From the human T2T-CHM13v2.0 reference genome, Homo sapiens: a stretch of 64,000 nucleotides of DNA. The position numbers and the translations under genes were made by a program. Location: the NCBI RefSeq assembly GCF_009914755.1, contig NC_060932.1; one strand, written 5' to 3'. The notes under the pieces are model-generated. The model was given only the letters and a program-made list of their open reading frames with translations, had not been told where the DNA came from and searched no databases. Shown in pieces: positions 1 through 13,590 of this stretch (position 1 is the stretch's first letter; each line of letters opens with the position of its first letter).

Positions 1-970
1 TTTTCATTAGTGGCTAGGAAAGTGCAATTGCAAATAAGCTGACTAAGGGACGTTTCATTCTGTCATCTCATTCTGTCTGCTGTAGTCAATGCACTTGTAG
101 GTGACTTTGTGTCCATCCCTCTGGGGACTTCACTTGTTGAAGTTTTAGAAGACTTGGGTCTAAGGAGAAAAACTGGAATTTTATTGGACTTAACACTGAT
201 TCTCCTTAAAAACAAAAAAGTTAAGGCTGAGTGGGAGGTAAGTGTAAGATCAATGTGGCTCACTCCTTGATGTCTAGATATATTATTTCCTATTCGTTTT
301 CTTAAATTAGAAAACTAATAAATTAATACATACATAATTGTAAACTAATACTTTTCTAACAATCAACAAGTAGAAAGCCCTCTACGTCCGCAAATCCTAC
401 TCCCTTCTCCATGGAATTTTTAGAGTTCAGGGTTTAACCTTTCAGATCTTTTTCTACACCTTTTTACACACCTAGAACTTTTTATGAAAAAAATATTTTT
501 TAATTTACCTTATATTTTATAGTTCTTTCCAAGTCATAGGTATAGATTACTACAAGTTGAATTTGAAAAATAATAGCTGAGTACTTCGCAACAATTGAAC
601 TGCTGGAGCTCCAGAGTGAATTTTATTGTCAGAGCAGAAAGGGCTGTTTTAGAAAGAAACCAAGTACTAATACGGTATACTTAGGAGCACAATCTCCAAA
701 ATGAAGCCACATTCATTTGGGTGCCCCTGTGTGCCCAGCACAATGCTAGGGGCAGGGGAAATATGAAATGTACTTGTATAGTTGGAGGCTTCAGGTGCAC
801 TAGACCTCCAGGAAGTAGCCAGCAGGGTGCCCAGACACTGACTATGCCAAGAGGAACCGCCCCTTTGCAGATGAAGCAACCTGCACAAGAGATGGCAGTC
901 GGCTAGCCTTTGCCTGTCTCCAGTTTCACAACTCAGGTGCAAAGACATGCATCGCAACGGTGACACTTAC

Positions 971-1105
971 TTTAGGCCGGGTGTCAACGACATAAACGAA
1001 GTCACTTCCTGGATTGGCTTTCCTAATGGCCTGGAGCATCTGCTCGTCCTCTAGGCACCGGGCACTGAAGCCGGACAGGGGCTGGCTGCTCCGGCAGATG
1101 GAGGC
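971..1105 (-). CDS. MTMR7: MTMR7 coding exon 6 (ASICRSSQPLSGFSARCLEDEQMLQAIRKANPGSDFVYVVDTRPK)
   Basis: 135 nt. Acceptor ctctcccctag|GCC, donor AAA|gtaagt. Myotubularin RSSQP and DTRP motifs. Confidence 0.97.
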
Positions 1106-2753
1106 CTAGGGGGAGAGGTCACAGCAACACAGCACCATCAGGTAACTGTACCCATGAGAGACACTCTACGTGTGTCTCCAGAACAAAGAGCCCTTGGCTC
1201 ACTGATAGTCCACCTCGGCTTATGAAAACGTGATACAGCTTTCTGGAAATCAAGCCTTGTTTATTAAAATTCAAGTCAAACCACTAATGGGCAAGCAATA
1301 CAAAGAACCTGTCTGTGCAAAATATTAGGAATGTGTAGAGATGTTTAGATAGGGTCTAAGTTATGATATTCAAAACCATTTAAATAATCTACTTTCCTTT
1401 TCACTGATATTGCTTCATTTTCCTGCTGAAAGAAAAAATACAAAATAAATAACCGTTCTCAAATGCATAGGATACGATTAATGGTGACATTAATAAAATA
1501 GAAATTATTTTTTAATGCTTTCCAACCTTTTTTTTTTTTAAACTAGCCCATCTAGAAACATCACAAATACCAAAAACCAATTCTAATTCTAAACGGGAAA
1601 CTTTCACGGTGACAAGAGCCCAGGTTGCTGCTAGGTTTGAAACCGAAGGACAGCAGGCACATACCTGTGCTGACTCAAGTCTACTTAGAACAAGGGGGAT
1701 TTTTTTTTGGAATCAATCTGCATTCTCTGCCCCAAGTCCCGTACCCTGCAATTCTGACAGAGTAGATTGCACTGTCAGATGACATCTAGAAGAGCAGAAA
1801 CATTTCCCTGAGTTATGAGTAGGTAGTACAGATCCTACCTTGCAGCTATAAAACTTCGGCTTTTGTGGCAAAGTACTTTCATGGATTTAGGTTTTAACAC
1901 TTAAACACAAAACACCCAATAAAATGCCTGAATGACTCAAAGCATCTACATTGAGACTGTAAGTCCACAGTGTGAAAGAATGCAGGCAGTGACAGAACCC
2001 CTCCATGCAGGATAATATGGAGGGGAAAGTTTCACTGCAAATAGTCCTGTCATGTCACAGCCTGTTCAGCGTGCTTGTATTGCAGGGTTCCATCCATGAA
2101 GGGGCACCCCAACTCTTAGTCCAACCATAGCTTAATTGTCTTTGAATCCCAACCCAGGACAACTGAACATGGGTTTGGATCTCTCCAAAGGGCTTGGGTG
2201 CTCCTTGTTGGAGAAGGTGGGGACATTTCTCACTAGCTCTGAAGTTGGAGAACCACAGAATGGCTGGACATATTACAGGGGCCATTGTCTGAGGGCGCCA
2301 ACACCATTCTGCAGAGACGGACAATCACTGAGGGGGTTAAAGGAAGCCTGAGGCCTACAGCCAGATTGAGAATCCAGGGGGACAAGGTGTGGGCGTGGGA
2401 AGCAAAGCAAAGGGGCAGCAGCAGAGTCACTCCAGGGTGGCTCATTCCTGACTGGTGGGGAGGAGAAAAAGATCAAAGGGTATGGGCACGGCAGACAGAA
2501 TGGCAAGCGACGGCAAGGCCAGGAGCAAGGGGAAGTGAAGATGGGGATCAAGAGGGACTTGGCAAGCAGAAGGCAAGCTATGTCCGAAGACCAGAAATCA
2601 AATGACACAGATGGCTTTCACAGGGGTCCTGTTTCCTTTAATCTTTAAGGGGTCAGGGTCTGCCACCTGCTCAGAGGGAATTCTTCCTGGAAAGAGAATA
2701 ATTCTGAGTTGGCTTTAGATGATACTTTATCCGGGTTAAAGAAATATTAGTTA

Positions 2754-3046
2754 GCCCAGTGTGGTGGCTCACGCCTGTAATCCCAGCACTTTGGGAGGCC
2801 GAGGCGGGGGGATAACTTGAGGTCAGGAGTTCGAGACCAGCCTGTCCAACATGGTGAAACCCCATCACTACTAAAAATACAACAAACATTAGGTGGGCAT
2901 GGTGGTACACACATGCAATCCCAGATACCCAGGGGGCTGAGGCAGGAGAATCACTTGAACCCGACAGGCAGAGTTTGCAGTGCACTGAGATTACACCACT
3001 GCACTCCAGCCCGGGCGACAGTGAAACTCCATCTCGAAAAAAAAAA
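2754..3046 (+). mobile_element. AluS (Sx/Sz-like), full length
   Basis: Dimeric Alu with A tail. Perfect 16-bp TSD AAAGAAATATTAGTTA (2738-2753 and 3044-3059) at a TT/AAAG endonuclease site. Confidence 0.95.
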
Positions 3047-3634
3047 GAAATATTAGTTAAGGACAGCTGCCACCAGACAATCTTAGATTCCATCAGAAGG
3101 GTTAGATGGGGATGGTAACACATTTAAATGACGAGAATTTGAGAACACACACACCAGACCTCACTAAAGCAGTGAGACACCAACTACAAAATGAAGCAAT
3201 TTAGGGACAACAACTATTTCAAATTATCTTCTGGTTTAGAACAGCTAGTTTTAAATGAGGAACTATACTGGAACTGTTATATACTGTGGAATGTGGTCGA
3301 TAAATTAAAACACGCATATTAAACAGACTACATTTTTGGTATTTTGTAGTTAGATTTTCTTAATAAACTAAAGATATGATCTAAATGGAATTTTTCATTG
3401 AATCAGTAATTGCTAACATGTGGTTTTCAATTGTGTGCAGAACAGTAAGTAGTCTCAGTGCTTTTGTGCACCTATACATGCCCTAGACAGATTATCCAAA
3501 GAGTATTACTATTACTTGGCAGCATTTCTTACTGATGTCAGAGCACAGATTAAAAACTCTTCAGTTGTAAACCGGAAGGGATAGCGCTCATTTACAATGC
3601 TACTAATAATTAAAATATTCAACATTTTTGATGG

Positions 3635-3868
3635 CTTACTACTGTTTTTGAGTGTTTATATGATAGGCACTATTATAAGAACTTTGCATATTTTTATTTA
3701 ATTAGCCTAATTATCATATACAATAAGACCTATTATTGGCTCCACTTGATACATGAAGTGACCAAAGCACAGAGAGGTTAAGTAACATACTCAAAGTCAC
3801 ACAGTTAGTAAATAGGGAAGCCAAGATTTGAATCCAGACAGAGTATTTCCTGATCCTGAATTCTTAAC
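3635..3868 (-). mobile_element. MIR
   Basis: Reverse-complement MIR core (cacagagaggttaagtaac...gtcacacagttagtaa...gatttgaatccag). Confidence 0.8.
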
Positions 3869-3924
3869 AAAGTAATTCAAGCCCCAATGGGAGGAAATAG
3901 GTCAGGCAGCACAATACCTTATTA

Positions 3925-4440
<516 letters not shown>

Positions 4441-4744
4441 AAAGAGACCATGAAGGTCTGTATTTTTCCTAAGGAAAGTTGCCTCACTGGAAATCTTCTA
4501 GAGTTTTGTTTCCTCGAAATGTGTACTGTAAATTTGGGAGACCATGCTGTGCACCATCTTAAAGTGAAACTTTAAAAAAAAAATCCTAGCGTAATAAAGA
4601 ACAAAGGCTATAGCAATTCTAAGAACTCTCAAAGAAAGATGCACAGAATTCCGAACGCACATGACTAAGCATCTCTAACCATGATCTATAAAGCTGTTAA
4701 TAGCTGGATATTCAAAGGGAGCCCACGTGGCTCTACATAACCCA

Positions 4745-5230
4745 TGTGCGTAAGGCCTAAAATTAATATTATGTGTTGCTTCGACATCTGGTAAAACCGA
4801 GAGGGCCTCAAATGGCCTCACTGCAAGTTCCCTGCCACGCTCTGCTCCTGCAGGTAAGGTTCCCAAGTGAAACAATTCTTATCCAACAGACCAGGTGCAG
4901 TTCCTGCCCGTCCCCCAGAAGCAGGTTTTAGTTCCCTGCCAGTCATGGAATGATGCACGCAAGCTAATCACATCCTCCTGTGGGAACCAAGGGTGACCCC
5001 ACGCTCCTGATACTACACAGCCTGCCTCTCACAGCCCCTGGCTGTCACTCTGCTCCTCAGCGCAACCTCATGTGCCCCTTCATGGGCTGTGGTGTCCTCC
5101 TCCCCTTGGCAGTGAGTATATGTGACTGTTCATCTCACCTGCCCAGTGTCAAGTGCTGTGTGTCTGGCTGTCCCTGTAACCTAGAGCAGGAATCCCTCCC
5201 TCACCACAGGGGTGAAAGAATGTGATTACA
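4745..5230 (+). mobile_element. Solo ERVL-class LTR (LTR47/MER74-like; subfamily uncertain)
   Basis: TG...CA termini, about 485 bp. The string gacatctggtaaaaccgagagggcctcaaatggcc resembles recalled ERVL LTR consensus. Confidence 0.65.
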
Positions 5231-5231
5231 T

Positions 5232-5279
5232 CCATTAAAAGTAATGGCAAAAACTGAAATTACTTTTGCACCAACCTAA
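5232..5279. mobile_element. Truncated MADE1 (Hsmar1-derived MITE), one arm only
   Basis: ccattaaaagtaatggcaaaaactgaaattacttttgcaccaacctaa corresponds to the MADE1 spacer plus one TIR. Confidence 0.88.
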
Positions 5280-6520
5280 CACTACATGTGGTAACAGCTG
5301 ATACAAAGGGAAAGATGGACCCTCCACAGGGGCCTTTATATTGAACAGAACTTCAGGTTCATAAAATCTCGTGCACTTCAAGCTTCTCCTAATCTGATCA
5401 CCAGTTCCCAGTGCCCAAAATTAGCCAAGTCATCTCACCACCAAAATCAAAAGTGTCCCTTTGGTAGCATACGTGGGAAACAGTATTTTCACTATAAAAT
5501 GTAGTATCCTTATTCATAAGCATAAATTCTTTGGGGGTAGGAATACATACTCTTTAAGCCTAAAATGTCTCAAATAACCAAAGAGAAGAAAGACAGATCA
5601 GCAAATTTATGGAATGTGTACCTGTTTACTTTTTGTGGGAGACTGCCTGTTTTCTATACGGCCATCGATGAGCAATGACAGCACAGATAACTACTCTGGT
5701 ATTTCAGTGTCTTCCATTAAGCACAGAAATCCACCTTTGGTAATAATACTTCCCTTTAGGAAAAGCCCTAGTCAAATCAGAAGCATTTATATAATTAACC
5801 TTGATATTAAAATGTAAACATTGTTATAAAACACAAATTTGATCATTATTCCACCTGCAAAATAGATTTCAGTTCATGGGGTGGGAGAGTGGGCGGGCAG
5901 GTGTGTGCTCACTCGGGACTTCCCTGGGGTAACCCGATCACGCAGCGCTGCTTCGAGACACATCTCTGTTCTGTACCTTGGAAGAAGAGCTAGAGCTTCA
6001 GGTTGTTTCTGCTTTAAAATCTTAAATATGGGCAATGAATACTCTTAAGCTCTAACTATGCTGTGTGAGTTCATTTTCAGGCCTGGAGGTTCAGTAAAAT
6101 AGCACTTGGGGGAGCAGGCGTGGAGCCATGTGGGTCTGAGGTCAGCCGGGGAAGAAGCTGCCTCTGAGGTCTAACTGCTAAAAATTCTCTTTCTGAGACA
6201 ATACATATTTAATCCTGATACTACTCACATTGACAAAAAGTAAAATGTCCCTTGTCTCAAGAATATAAAAAGGGAGTTGCTAGGCACACTGTGCTCACTT
6301 TTTAAATATTCTACAGACAACAATAAAACACCTCTGAAACAACAATAAAAGATCGTTTCTCCCTCTCCTGGATTCATCTTCTCTCTTCTTTAATCAATGG
6401 ATGCTACAAAAAAAAAAATGTGCATGTTACCAGCAACCTAATTTCAAGTGCAACATCATGAAACTTCCTATCTCTATTTATCCTATCTTAATAAAAAAAA
6501 AAAAAAAAAAAAAAAAAAGA

Positions 6521-6820
6521 GGCAAGGGGCGGCGCCTCACACCTGTAATCCCAGCACTTTGGGAGGCCGAGGCAGGCAGATCACTTGAGCACAGGAGCTC
6601 AAGACCAGCCTGGGCAACATGGCTTTCCTCGTCTCTACAAAAAATGCAAAACAATTAGCTGGGCCGGGTGGCACACGCGTGGTCCCAGTGACTCGGGAGG
6701 CTGAGATGGGAAGATCACTTGAGTCTGGGGAGGTCAAGGCTGCAGTGAGCCAAGATTGTGCCACTGCACTCCAGCCTGGGCGACAAGTGAGATCTTGTTT
6801 CCGAAAAAAAAAAAAAAAAA
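6521..6820 (+). mobile_element. AluJ-like
   Basis: J-type diagnostics (cctgggcaacat, gatcacttgag...gtcaaggctgcag). Preceded by an A-tract of about 29 nt. Confidence 0.9.
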
Positions 6821-7329
6821 TCACATCTTCCTTTGCCTCTAACCAGTGCTCCAGCTCTGTGCAAGCTGAAATACATTCAGAGTTAATAAAATACTTTAGA
6901 CCCTAATTCAAGGCTAGGAAAAGAAGAAGAGCAATGAGTATAACTAAAAATAATTTTTATCCAATTCACAGAACTTTCACCACCAAATTAATATTTTCCT
7001 TCAAAGTAGCAACAGAGAGGGCTATGTGCTCACTCTGATGAAGCTGGCATTGCTCCAGATATTTTTGGAAGCTTCTAGAATCTGACTGAGACCCTGCTCT
7101 ACCCCCCGGCTGTAGGTGCAGGCATGTGGATACACACTCACACAATCTCCTGTGTTTATAGCCTCACTCGGCTTTGAATCCAGAAGTATATTATCTAGCT
7201 TAAAAACTAAAGTTTCTCTCTCACCTTGCTAGAACCAAAGAACATTTTGTTTTTTTAAACCACCTTTTTTAAAGGTGGTTTTTTGCTACCTTTTAAAAGT
7301 GGGTGCCAAAGACCATTCTTGCTCATCCG

Positions 7330-7765
7330 AATTTGTTTTCCTATCCTCCGCAGAAATGGAACTCTAAGTTTTAGCTATTTTAATGGCCACCCATAACACT
7401 GTACTTCCACACCTGCCCTGTGCAATTCTGATGAAAGGGAGGTGTCACGTGGCAGTTTTTGGAAGCCTTCCTTAAAAAGCTGGGCACACAACATTAGCCC
7501 TCCGTCACCTGCCACCTGCAGTGTGTGGGTGGTGACTGTACTGAAGTGACCTCTTGCACCAGGCAGGCCATGGCCAAATCCAGGTGGTGGTAGAGCAGAA
7601 AGGTAGAAGGAGCTTGAGTACCTGAAGGCTAAGTGGGGTGGGGCCAGGCTACCAGGCTAGGACTGCGCACCCTGGTAATTTTACGCAACAGAAAAAAATT
7701 GTATCCTCTTAGAGCCACTGTTACTTAGAGTCTCTATTACAGACAAACCCAATTCTGGCTTTTAT
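7330..7765 (+). mobile_element. Old ERVL LTR (LTR33-like)
   Basis: Degenerate similarity to recalled LTR33 (gagcagaaaggtagaaggagc...gccactgttacttagagtctctattac). Confidence 0.55.
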
Positions 7766-7832
7766 AAATAATATTTTAAAAATAAAACCCATGCTCTCTA
7801 TAACCAAAGATTTCTTATACTGAAGATACTCA

Positions 7833-8336
<504 letters not shown>

Positions 8337-8559
8337 TCATTTTCTGAATCATTACATTACTGTCAAATAAACATAGGAAGTCTACATGAGATAAGGACTT
8401 AGCATAGTTGTATCATGTCATACCATGCACAGGAATATCCACATACCTTCTGAAGAATTCAAACACACACACACGCACAGCAGAAGGCAGCTAGAAAATG
8501 CCTGCTTATGATAAACTAGAAAAGCAAAGTGTAAAACAAAAACACGCCTCGAGACTTAC

Positions 8560-8688
8560 GTGGTTATCTTTATAATAGTAAGAAAGGACAGGAAATCGCC
8601 GTCTACTCCGGAATTTGGAACTCCCCACTATGATGTGTGCCGTGGCCGATTTGGGAACGTACAGTTCAGTAGGATAAGAGTCACAGAC
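8560..8688 (-). CDS. MTMR7: MTMR7 coding exon 5 (VCDSYPTELYVPKSATAHIIVGSSKFRSRRRFPVLSYYYKDNH)
   Basis: 129 nt. Acceptor ggtgacag|GTC, donor CAC|gtaagt. Myotubularin C.SYP and FRSR.R.PVLS motifs. Confidence 0.97.
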
Positions 8689-9856
8689 CTGTCACCAGAA
8701 AATACAAAGAGATTTTTAGGCCATCTAGTAATGCCCTGCGAACTGCCCCCAGAAATTCCACTTCACCACGCTTACAGGTACATCCTTAAGTTCCCTTAAC
8801 CATGTTACAGAGGAGGCTATTTCGAGGAAACTCAAAGCCACTTCAGAGGAAGGAAGTGCCGCTGATTCTATGTAATCATTCTGAAGGAACGCAAGCTACC
8901 CTTAGTGTTCTGTCCCCGTGCACTGTCCCCTCTCTCCAAGGGCTCTTTGTGCAAGACCAGTGACAATGAAGCCTTCCTTTCATCAAAAAGAGACAAACTG
9001 CCATTTTGCACCCTGGCTGAGAAAATCTGAGCTGCCAGGATTTGCTTGAAAGACAGAATGACACCAGGAGACAGTTTTCCTAAAACATAAGCACACTGGT
9101 TAAGCCAGCAGGTTACCTCTGTGGCTCTGACACGCCCAGTGTGCATTCCTGACCCTGACACATCACACAAGCTGATGCCTCCCCGGACACTCCTGCCCTC
9201 CACCTTCCCAAATCCCATCCGTTCTTCAAGGGCCAATCGAAGTTCCACCTCCTTCGGGAAGCTTCTTCCTTGACCTTTCAGCCCATGCAGATTTCCTAAT
9301 GTGCCACAGATTACCGCGCAATGTAACAGCTTGATTTTTGTTTCTTATGTGTTGAGTTGATAAGTGGTAAGGATCGATGTACTCTTTCTACGCATTCCTG
9401 AGAGTGACTACCACAGTGGAAGGGTGCCTTGGAAGGATCTTGCAATTAAGAACCAGAAATCAGCAGTTTAGGACCTGGCTCTGACTGAGCAACTTCATGA
9501 CCCTGGGGAAGCCAAACTACACGGTGCACTGTGGTTTGCTAATCTCTAGAAGTGATACTGCAGCAACAATATCTCATGGGGTTGACAGATGGATCAAATC
9601 CGGCAACACCCATGGCAAAGCACTTTATAAACCACTAAATCCAAAACAAATGTTAGTGGTAGCAACAGTGATAGCAGTTGAGGCTACTGTTGCTCAACAC
9701 ATTTTGCTTTCACTTCAGTCCATCAGTCTTTTCGCAATGTGAAGATCACCCACATGGAAGTGTCCTGGGATATGTCAGGCACCTCTTTACTTCCTGGATG
9801 TCAAACATCTTCCTCGTCATCTCAAGGGAGTCCTCAAGTACGTCTAACAACAGGGG

Positions 9857-10215
9857 TGTACTAGTCCATTTTCATACGGTTATAAAGAAACACTTGAGAC
9901 TGGGTAATTTATAAAGGAAAAGGTTTAATGGACTCACAGTTCCACATGGCTGGGAGGCCTCATAAGCATGGCAAAAGGTGAAGGAGGAGCAGAGGCACGT
10001 CTTACGTGGTAGCAGGCAAGACAGCGTGTGTAGGGGAACTGCCCTTTATAAAGCATTAGATCTTGTGAGACTTATTCACTATCATGAGAACACCATGGGA
10101 AAGACCAGCTCCCATGATCCAATTACCTCCCACCGGGTCCCTCCCATGACATGTTGGGATTATGGGAGCTACGATCTAAGATGAGATTTGGGTGGGGACA
10201 CAGAAACCCACATCA
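9857..10215 (-). mobile_element. THE1 (C/D-like) MaLR solo LTR
   Basis: About 360 bp with TG...CA ends; perfect 5-bp TSD AGGGG (9852-9856 and 10216-10220). Confidence 0.92.
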
Positions 10216-11524
10216 AGGGGAAATACTTTATCTGCAGGCCCTGTGTCCATCTCCACCCACCTTTATCACTCTGGAAGATGGGTTTGTAGGGGTTGAAAAC
10301 CCACAACTGAAATCCAAGCCTCTTATAAAGTCTTCTGTGATGATGCCTCCCTTGCTGACCTCCACTGTCTTTGTTAGCAGAATAGAAAACTACATAGAGC
10401 AGGGAATAAAAGGGCCACAGAAGAGATGTTCACAGGCCCAAAGTCTAATTTCAGGGTTCTACCAGACATTTTAGGAAAGAAGATTACCAAAGAGTTTAAC
10501 ATGGCCTGTGGCACTGACACTCTAAAGGAAAATCTGCCAAGAACAGAAGGCTCAACCAACTTGGACTCAGAGAGCTTTAGCTGGGAAGACTGCCATAAAA
10601 CACGGCACTCCCTCCCCCTTGCCAATCTGGTGTCTGAACCTCCATGAAGTCAGCCAGCTAGAAGACTATGACGTGGACCACACCTGTTTGTTTGAGGTTC
10701 AAGAGACATGTAGTCATTGCACCAGACCAACAACATTTTCCTAAAATAACAGTTTTTAAAAGGAAATGAGTAGGTTTTCAGCAAGTTGGGAATTACCTAC
10801 ATTCTTCCTTGTAACAACACTAAGGAACTGCAAAGTTTCATGATTAAATAACAGTAACATGCAAGATTTGTCAACATGCTTATTTCAGACAGCCTCTTTG
10901 AAGAGCAAGAGATAAGCTCCTGCTAGGCCCTTTTATGGTCTTCTAAGGCTAAATAAACACCTAGGTTCACTGGCATCAAGGCCCTGTGTGCACCATAGCT
11001 GGAATGAGACCAAACAGAGAAAATCAACACCCAGAGGCCCACTCTCCTTGGCCCCAACTCAGGGCCCTCTTGATTCACAAAGGAGCAAGAAGACCACCTC
11101 CTGCCCTCTAAGAGCACCAGAGCTCTCACTCTGCAGAGTAGAGGTATGTAGATTTTGATGGCTTGGCATGTGCCAGGACAAAGAGCTCAACAACCTGCGC
11201 CCAGTCACCAATGGCCAGGCTTGCATCAGATGTGGAGGCCTCCCCTCTATGAACACAATACCAGTTATGAGGATTTCTGCCTTCCCCAGAGCACTGGGTC
11301 TAGGGGAAAAAGCTCCATGGGTCACAGCTTAAGTTATAAGGCATTCTGATGAGTACTTGCTCGGGGAACTCTAAGAAGCTAGAATGCATTTGAGAAAAGC
11401 AGATTTAGGGTGTCAGTTAACACGGGAAGATACAACCTCTTACCAAGCTAGAAGCATGGATATTTGTCCTGCTTTCATCAAAGTAGACAGCACTCTCAAG
11501 TGGAAATTAAAATAACAATCCTAC

Positions 11525-13075
11525 CTTGAAAATATAAAACACCACTGAAAGGAATTAAAGACACAAGTAAATGGTAAGATACCTGTGTTCATGCACTGGA
11601 AGACTTAATATTGTGAAGATGTCCATCCTACACAAAGCAACCACAAGGCAATCCCTATCAAAATCTCAAGGGCATTTTGTGCAGAAGTAGAAAAATTCAT
11701 CCTAAAATTTACATGGATTCTCCAGGGACCCCAAATAGCAAAAAACGATTTTGAAAAAGAACAAAGAGGACTTACACTTCATAATTTCAAAATATAGTAC
11801 AAAGCCATATCTATTTTGCAGCAATCAAACAGTGTGGTACTGGAATAAAGACAGACAAATAGGCCAATGGAATAGAGAACCCAGAAGTAAACCCTCATGT
11901 ATATGGTCATATGATCCATAGCATGGGTGCCAAGACTACTCAATGGGGTAAGATTAGTCTCTTCAACAGATGGTACTGGGAAAACTAGATACCCACATGC
12001 AAAAGTAAAATAAAATAACGATGGGTCATATCTTGTACTATATAAAAAAATTAACTCAAAATGGACTAAAGACCTAAACATAAGACCCAAAAGTATTAAA
12101 CTCCTAGAAAAGAACATAAGGGACAAGCTTTATGACATTGGAGTTGGCACTGATTTATTATGTATGACAGCAAAAGCAGAGACAACAAAAGAAAATACTA
12201 GACAAATGGAACCATATCAAACTTAAAAACTTTTATACATCAAAGGACACAATCAAAAGTGAAAAAGCAACCTACAGAATGTGAGAAGCTATTAGTAAAT
12301 TGCGTATCTTAGGGAAATCAAAATCAAAACCACAATGAGATGCTAACTCACAATTGTTAGGATGGCCACTATTACAAAATGAAAGAATGAAAACATAATA
12401 AAACTAGTACTGGTGAGCACTCAGATAAATTGAAACCCTAGTGCACTGTGGATGGGGATATAAAATTATGTAACCACTATGGACAACAGCATGGAGGCTC
12501 TTCAGGAATTTAAAAATAGAATTCCTACATGATCCAGCAATCTCACTTCTGGATGTATGCCCAAAGGACTTGAAAGCAGAATCTCCAAGAGATACTTGCA
12601 CAACCATATCCGCAGAGCATTATTCACAGCCAAGAGGTGGAAGCAACCCAGATGTCCATCAAGTGATGAATGGATAAGCAAAATGTGGTATATCATTACA
12701 ATGAAATATTATTCAGCCCTAAAAAGGAAGGAAATCCTGTTACATGCTATAACACAGATGAACCTTGAGGACATTAAATGACATAAGCCTGTCACAAAAA
12801 GAAAATACTGTATGATTCCACTTATATGAGGTATCTAAAGTAGTCAAATTCATAGAAACAAAAAGTAGAATGATGGTTGCCAGGGGCTGTGGTAGGTGGG
12901 AATGGGGAGTTGTTTAATGGGTATAGAGTATCAGTTCTGGAGTTGAAAAGTTCCAGAGATCTATTATAGTACAAGAATGTCAATCTACTTAACACTCCTA
13001 AACTATACCTTAAAAATGACTAAGATGGCAAACTTTACGTTATGCATTTTTTAAATCACAATGAAAAAAGAAAAG
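11525..13075 (+). mobile_element. L1MB-like 3' portion (ORF2 remnant plus 3'UTR)
   Basis: Decayed ORF2 C-terminal similarity (RWKQPRCPSSDEWISKMW) and L1MB-type 3'UTR ending in an A-rich tail. Confidence 0.88.
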
Positions 13076-13479
13076 GGAAAACAATCTTAGCATTGACTGC
13101 TGCCATTTTTGCAACAAGCTCACAGAGTTGTAGTCAAAACTCTGACAATACATAATGCGCACAATGATGCAACATATGTCGCTAATTTTCAAACACCTCA
13201 GTATGCCTCTCAGGATTTTGTCTGGTTTGGAAAACCACCTGACAAAATTCAGAGAGAATATGAGAAGTTCAGAGGAATGGAAAATGTTTTTCTCCTGAAT
13301 TTTCTTTACATGCACTCTGCCTTAGTTAATGAAAGTGGATTAGTCAGTTAATCACTTTGCCATTTTTTAAAATGAATAAGGAAACCGATTTTCTTTGTGC
13401 TCCACTAAATTAATTGACCTTCCTGGAGTGCCCACATCCCTTGGTGCTGTCCTGGCAAGGGGAATCTTTTGGTAACTCT

Positions 13480-13590
13480 TTCACTCATTCAACAAGCTTT
13501 TACTGAGTACTTACTATACGCCAGGCATTACTCTCAGCTGCAAGAGCAGAAATGAGTAAGAGTTTTTGGCCTTGAAGATTTCACACTCCC
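13480..13590 (-). mobile_element. L2 3' end fragment
   Basis: cattcaacaagcttttactgagtacttactatacgccaggc. Confidence 0.7.

Noticed and set aside
6489-6518. AATAAA running into a long poly(A), suggesting a processed-pseudogene tail
   Set aside because: No recognisable mRNA-like body or TSD upstream; more simply an expanded A-tract at the AluJ insertion site.
7257-7281. 11-bp inverted repeat AAACCACCTTT-ttt-AAAGGTGGTTT followed by T's (terminator-like)
   Set aside because: Intrinsic terminators are bacterial; a short hairpin like this can arise by chance or local slippage in a human intron.
8560-8799. Plus-strand ORFs over exon 5 (and 30598-30858 over exon 3)
   Set aside because: Antisense shadows of real MTMR7 coding exons.
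13443-13452. GGTGCTGTCC, a REST/RE1 half-site in a neuronal gene
   Set aside because: The partner half-site is absent.
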